Assembly (NCBI GenBank): GCA_965205265.1
Contig: CBDBGH010000003.1
Span: 192,001 to 256,000 of the forward strand
Length of the DNA stretch: 64,000 nucleotides
Source of the DNA: Alphaproteobacteria bacterium
GTDB lineage: Bacteria > Pseudomonadota > Alphaproteobacteria > Bin95
Direction of reading: 5' to 3'
Translations under genes and position numbers: made by a program
Shown: piece by piece, positions 59,364-64,000 of the stretch
Position numbering within the stretch: position 1 is the stretch's first letter
Layout of the letters: the number at the start of each line of letters is the position of its first letter
The notes under the pieces: model-generated
What the model was told of the DNA's origin: nothing
Seen by the model: the letters and a program-made list of their open reading frames with translations, nothing else
The model's database searches: none

Positions 59364-60554
59364 ATGGCCGCGACGACCGGCATGCCGCTTTCGCGCTTCA
59401 GCGTCCTCGACCTCACCCGCGTGCGCGCCGGGCCGACCTGCGTGCGCCAGCTTGCCGACTGGGGCGCGGACGTCATCAAGATCGAGGCGCCGCCGGACCC
59501 GACTGCCGGCGAGGGGCTGGGCGGCCCGCGCGACGGCTTCGACTTCCAGAACCTGCACCGCAACAAGCGCTGCATGACGCTCGACCTCAAGTCCGACCGG
59601 GGCCGCGAGGCGTTCTTCCGGCTGGTCGAGCGCGCCGATGTCGTGGTCGAGAACTACCGCCCGGACGTGAAGCACCGGCTCGGCATCGATTACGAGGCGC
59701 TCTCGAAGGTCAATCCGCGCATCGTGCTGGGCTCGATTTCGGGCTTCGGGCAGGACGGGCCGACGGCGGCGCGGCCGGGCTTCGACCAGATCGCGCAGGG
59801 CATGGGCGGCGTCATGTGGATCACCGGCCATCCGGGCGGCGGGCCGGTGCGCGCCGGCATCCCGGTGGCGGACCTCTGCGCGGGCGTCTTCTGCGCCCAG
59901 GGCATCCTGGTGGCGCTGCTGGAGCGCGAGGTGTCGGGCCGCGGCCAGTGGGTCAGGACCTCGCTGCTGGAGGCGATGATCCAGATGCTCGACTTCCAGG
60001 CCGCGCGCTACCTCAAGGACGGCGAGGTGCCGAAGCAGGCCGGCAACGACCACCCGACCTCGATCCCGACCGGCGTGTTCGAGACCGCGGACGGCTATGT
60101 GAACATCGCCGCGGCCGGCGACCTGATCTGGAAGCGCTTCGCGGCGGCGCTCGGGGCGGAGCGGTGGCTGCAGAACCCCGACTACGCCACCGGCAAGGCG
60201 CGCTCCGACAACCGCGCCGCCCTGCATGAGGAGATCGCCGTCATCACCCGCCAGAAGACCTCCGCCGCATGGATCGAGGCGCTCAACGCCGCGGGCGTGC
60301 CCTGCGGGCCGATCTACCGCATGGACGAGATGTTCGCCGACCCGCAGGTGCGCCATGTGGAGATGGCGGTGCCGGTGGACCATCCGCGCCTCGGGACCTT
60401 CGAGATCGTCGGGCAGGCCGCGAAGCTCTCGCGCACCCCCTCCGCGATCCGCACCGCCACGCCCGAACTCGGCGAGCACAACGACGAAATCCTGGCCGAG
60501 CTCGGCTATTCCGAGGCCGAAATCGCCGGCATGCGCGCCGCCGGCGCGATCTGA
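59364..60554 (+). CDS. CaiB/BaiF class III CoA-transferase
   Basis: VLDLTRVRAGP, GADVIKIE, RNKR, ENYRP, ISGFG and PELGEH motifs. Confidence 0.93.
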   Translation: MAATTGMPLSRFSVLDLTRVRAGPTCVRQLADWGADVIKIEAPPDPTAGEGLGGPRDGFDFQNLHRNKRCMTLDLKSDRGREAFFRLVERADVVVENYRPDVKHRLGIDYEALSKVNPRIVLGSISGFGQDGPTAARPGFDQIAQGMGGVMWITGHPGGGPVRAGIPVADLCAGVFCAQGILVALLEREVSGRGQWVRTSLLEAMIQMLDFQAARYLKDGEVPKQAGNDHPTSIPTGVFETADGYVNIAAAGDLIWKRFAAALGAERWLQNPDYATGKARSDNRAALHEEIAVITRQKTSAAWIEALNAAGVPCGPIYRMDEMFADPQVRHVEMAVPVDHPRLGTFEIVGQAAKLSRTPSAIRTATPELGEHNDEILAELGYSEAEIAGMRAAGAI

Positions 60555-60604
60555 GGGAGCGGGGCCGCAAACTTCCGCCGCTCCGGCCTCCGTCCGTCCC
60601 CGCC

Positions 60605-61185
60605 GGATGTCATGCTTTGTCATGGTCCTCCCCGGCCGGCGTCATGAAATGTCATGTTTTGCATGCGCAGGGTTCATATGTTGCGGTCGGTTCGGGCATG
60701 ACGCCGTCCGGTTGTCGAGCTCCTCTACCGGCTCGGGGGCGGGCCGTCGCCTCGCGCGGCCGGGGCCAGGCCGCCTGAGGTCCCGGAACGGCGCTCCGCG
60801 CCGTCCGGGATGACACCGGGGGGTCAATCCTCGCCCCGGCCTCTGAGCCGGGGCCTTGTGCGGCCGGCGCGGTTGCCGTCATCGTCTCTCCTTCCCCGAT
60901 CGGGAGCGGGTCCCTGATTCCCGCGCGTATCCTGCGCGGGCGCCTCTGCGCGCGCCGGCGCACGTTTCGCGGCGGCGCGGTTCGCGCGCCTGATTGCGCG
61001 CGCGAGGCAGAGGGCGCACCTCTCCCGTCGGCTTCTCACGGGTTTTCAAAAATCGGCGCTGCGCAGCACCCGGGGACGCGGCTCCGGAGTCCGCTTCCCT
61101 TGGAACCATCATACCACACTCCGCCAGATGTCAAGACTAAAACATGAACAAAATTCATAAATATCGGAAATTGCTCATATTTCGC
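60605..61185 (-). repeat. Dispersed intergenic element, copy C
   Basis: Core at 60963-61010 nearly identical to the reverse complement of 15335-15384; two pairs of GTCATG units. Confidence 0.85.
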
Positions 61186-61251
61186 GCGGGGACCGGGCTT
61201 CCCCGCCCCAATATCCTCGCCCCGGCCTGCGAGCGGGGGCCCCGCGGCGCC

Positions 61252-62157
61252 TCAGGCTTCGGCCTGCACCGCTTCGACGATCTGGCGCACGCGGTCCCGG
61301 AAGGGGGCGTATTGCAGGCCGAATTCCTCCACCAGGCGGCGGTTGTCGATCAGGTAATTGCCGGAGGCCGCCAGCCCGCCGGTCTCCTGCTCGAAGGAGA
61401 TGTCGGCATCCGGCAGGAACTCGCGCACCAGCGCCGCGAGATCGCCCATCGAGATGGCGTGGCCGCCCGTGTTGTAGATCCGGTGCTGCGGCGCCTCGGC
61501 CAGTGTGACCCGCGCGAACGCCTCCGCCACGTCGTCCACATGGATCGGCGCGCGCATCGCGTCGGCATGGGGGAAGCTCACGGGCTCGCCGCGGGCCGGG
61601 AAGGTGACGCAGCGAACATGGTCGATGGAGCCGTAGATCTTGTCGGGCCCGGTCACGTTCGCGGGCCTGATGCCGGTGATCGCCATGCCGTATTTCGCGC
61701 TGTAGTCCTCGGCCTGCCACTCGTTGAAAATCTTGTGCATGGCGTACTGGTTGTCGCCGTAGCGGTGGTCGTCCTCGTCCGCCATGCGCTCGCCGAAATG
61801 GCTTTGCAGGCCGCTGACCGCGAGCGAGCTCGCATAGACGGTGTGCGCGACGCCGCCGAGCCGGGCTGCCTCGAAGCAGTTGCCCATGCCGAGAATGTCG
61901 AGCTTGAGCGCGGTGCGCGGCGGCAGCTCGCCGATGAAATAGGCGAGATTGACCAGCCGGTCGGGCTTCGTCTCCGCGACGAGCGCCATCACCTGGTCGA
62001 ACTGCGTCACGTTGCCCTTGCGCGTCTCGGCCATGTCGCCGAAATCCGCCGCCTCGGGCGCGATGTCCATCACGACGACCTCCGCGCCCCGCGCCGCCAG
62101 CAGCGGCACCAGCCGGCGCCCGATAAAGCCGGTTCCCCCGACCACCAGAACCTTCAT
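61252..62157 (-). CDS. NAD-dependent epimerase/dehydratase
   Basis: GGTGFIG, YASS and YAMHK (YxxxK) motifs. Confidence 0.88.
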   Translation of the reverse strand: MKVLVVGGTGFIGRRLVPLLAARGAEVVVMDIAPEAADFGDMAETRKGNVTQFDQVMALVAETKPDRLVNLAYFIGELPPRTALKLDILGMGNCFEAARLGGVAHTVYASSLAVSGLQSHFGERMADEDDHRYGDNQYAMHKIFNEWQAEDYSAKYGMAITGIRPANVTGPDKIYGSIDHVRCVTFPARGEPVSFPHADAMRAPIHVDDVAEAFARVTLAEAPQHRIYNTGGHAISMGDLAALVREFLPDADISFEQETGGLAASGNYLIDNRRLVEEFGLQYAPFRDRVRQIVEAVQAEA

Positions 62158-62356
62158 GCCCCGTCCTCTCCCGTTAGAGCGCGATCCGTTCCGATGGAAA
62201 CACATTTCCATCCGATCCCGAAATCGCCGCCCCGACTACCGGATTCGCACATCCCGGCGCAACCTCGGCGCTAACTGGCTGACATGGTTGCGGTTTGGCC
62301 GGACTTCCGGTCAACGGCGCGGCGGGATAGGCTGGCCGGAGCAGGGAGCGCCGGAC

Positions 62357-63760
62357 ATGTCGGAGCGCGACTACGAGCTGCTGGTCATAGGATCCGGACC
62401 CGCCGGCCATCGGGCAGCGATTCAAGCGGCGAAGCTCGGCAGGAAAACAGCCGTCGTGGAACGTCAGGCGGTGGTCGGCGGCGCCTGCATCAATACCGGC
62501 ACCATCCCGAGCAAGACGCTCCGGGAGGCCGTGCTGCATCTCTCCGGCTACCGCGAGCGCAACATTTACGGCGCCTCCTACCGCGTGAAGAAGGACATTT
62601 CGATGGCGGACCTGCTGGTCCGCACCGACAATGTCGTCGCCCACGAGCTCGACGTGAACCGCCATCAGCTGCTGCGCAACCGGGTCGAACTGTTGCAGGC
62701 GGAAGCGGCCTTCGTCGGTCCGCACAGGCTGCGCCTTGCCGGCCTGGACGGGCGGGGAACCTGGGAAGTCACCGCCGACCGGATCGTCATCGCCGTCGGC
62801 ACGGTGACGACGCGCGCGGGCGATGTCGATTTCGACGGCCAGCGGATCTTCACCAGCGACGAGATCCTGACCCTGAAGCAGCTTCCGCGTTCGCTTATTG
62901 TCATCGGAGCGGGCGTCATCGGCCTGGAATACGCGACCATCTTCGCGGCGCTCGGCGTCAGGGTCGCCGTCGTCGACAGGCGCCCCCGGCTGCTGAGCTT
63001 CATCGACTTCGAGATCATCGACACGCTGGTTTACCAGATGCGGCAGAACCGCATGACGCTGCGGCTCGGCGAAGAAGTCAGCAGCCTCGAACGGCTGGAC
63101 GCCGACAGGGGCGGGAAGGTTCGGGTGCATCTCGCCAGCGGCAAGCAGATCCAGGCGGACGCCGCGCTTTACAGCATCGGCCGGACCGGCGCGACGAAGA
63201 CGCTCGACTTGAGCGCGGCCGGGCTGAAGGCGGCCGACCGCGGCCTGATCGCCGTCAACGAGTCCTTCCAGACCGAGGTTCCGCACATCTACGCGGTCGG
63301 CGACGTGATCGGCTTTCCGAGCCTGGCCTCCACATCGATGGAGCAGGGCCGCATAGCCTCCTGCCACGCCTTCGGCGCGCCGGCGGAAAGCACCCCCGAC
63401 CTGCTGCCCTACGGCATCTACACGATCCCGGAAATCTCCATCGTCGGGCGCAGCGAGGAGGAGCTGACCGACGCAGGCATTCCCTACGAAGTCGGCAGGG
63501 CCGCCTATAACGAGATTTCCCGGGGCCAGATCCTCGGCGACTCCGCGGGCATCCTGAAGCTTATCTTCCACCTCGAGAGCCGCGAGCTCCTGGGCGTCGC
63601 AATACTTGGCGAGGGCGCCACCGAGCTGATCCATATCGGCCAGGCGGTGCTGACGCATGGCGGCAAGATCGACTATTTCGTCGATACCGTGTTCAACTTT
63701 CCGACACTGGCGGAGTGCTACAAGACCGCCGCCTTCGACGGAATCAACCGGCTCGACTGA
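62357..63760 (+). CDS. sthA: Soluble pyridine nucleotide transhydrogenase
   Basis: GGACINTGTIPSKTLRE (CxxxxT), LASTSMEQGR and FNFPTLAECYK motifs. Confidence 0.93.
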   Translation: MSERDYELLVIGSGPAGHRAAIQAAKLGRKTAVVERQAVVGGACINTGTIPSKTLREAVLHLSGYRERNIYGASYRVKKDISMADLLVRTDNVVAHELDVNRHQLLRNRVELLQAEAAFVGPHRLRLAGLDGRGTWEVTADRIVIAVGTVTTRAGDVDFDGQRIFTSDEILTLKQLPRSLIVIGAGVIGLEYATIFAALGVRVAVVDRRPRLLSFIDFEIIDTLVYQMRQNRMTLRLGEEVSSLERLDADRGGKVRVHLASGKQIQADAALYSIGRTGATKTLDLSAAGLKAADRGLIAVNESFQTEVPHIYAVGDVIGFPSLASTSMEQGRIASCHAFGAPAESTPDLLPYGIYTIPEISIVGRSEEELTDAGIPYEVGRAAYNEISRGQILGDSAGILKLIFHLESRELLGVAILGEGATELIHIGQAVLTHGGKIDYFVDTVFNFPTLAECYKTAAFDGINRLD

Positions 63761-63827
63761 AGGACCGTTTGAGAATTGCGTTCATGCGGGTTCCGGGCCG
63801 GTTCCTCGATGCCCGAACGCCTCCCCT

Positions 63828-63914
63828 CGTCATGCCCGGACTTGTTCCGGGCATCTCTCTCCACCGCCTTCACCGGGCGGCCGCATGGATGGCCGGAACA
63901 AGTCCGGCCATGAC
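63828..63914. repeat. REP-like double-hairpin repeat (family R1, copy 2)
   Basis: Reverse complement of 13050-13137, including the spacer. Confidence 0.85.
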
Positions 63915-64000
63915 CGGGAAAGGGGCCGAGCCACCGCCTTCGGTCCGCCTCCAACCCCCCCGACGCTACCGCTATTCGTTCGGCCGGCCTGTCTTCCGCA

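Noticed and set aside
62357-63760. Missing second redox Cys as a sign of a dead disulfide reductase
   Set aside because: CxxxxT is the normal signature of soluble transhydrogenase SthA.

Overview
This is a very GC-rich chromosomal segment of an Alphaproteobacterium; a Rhodospirillales-like lineage is inferred from the synteny and the GAAC-N7-GAAC SOS box. The core backbone is moeA-lexA-comEC-gltX-gltA, ilvBNC, trkH-apaG-ribF-mutT-argJ-ppiC, slt-recR-ybaB-dnaX-ffs, tRNA-Val(GAC) and sthA. It is interleaved with catabolic oxidoreductase clusters, a Rieske oxygenase pair, three kappa-GST/HCCA-isomerase paralogs, four toxin-antitoxin modules or remnants, and a decayed IS1595 transposase. Three features stand out. 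(1) A ~450-580 bp intergenic element is present in three full copies plus one tail-only copy. Each full copy has an AT-rich promoter-like head, a conserved GC-rich core, an RBS+ATG, a variable middle (carrying REP-type hairpins in two copies), and a fixed-length tail ending in 10-bp-periodic CATGACA repeats. (2) An Lhr-PdeM-Exo-Lig repair locus has a ligase that is an intact ORF but has lost the catalytic lysine and most nucleotidyltransferase motifs. (3) A 265-bp MITE-like inverted-repeat element lies between ffs and dnaX. All calls come from reading motifs by eye; no database searches were run.
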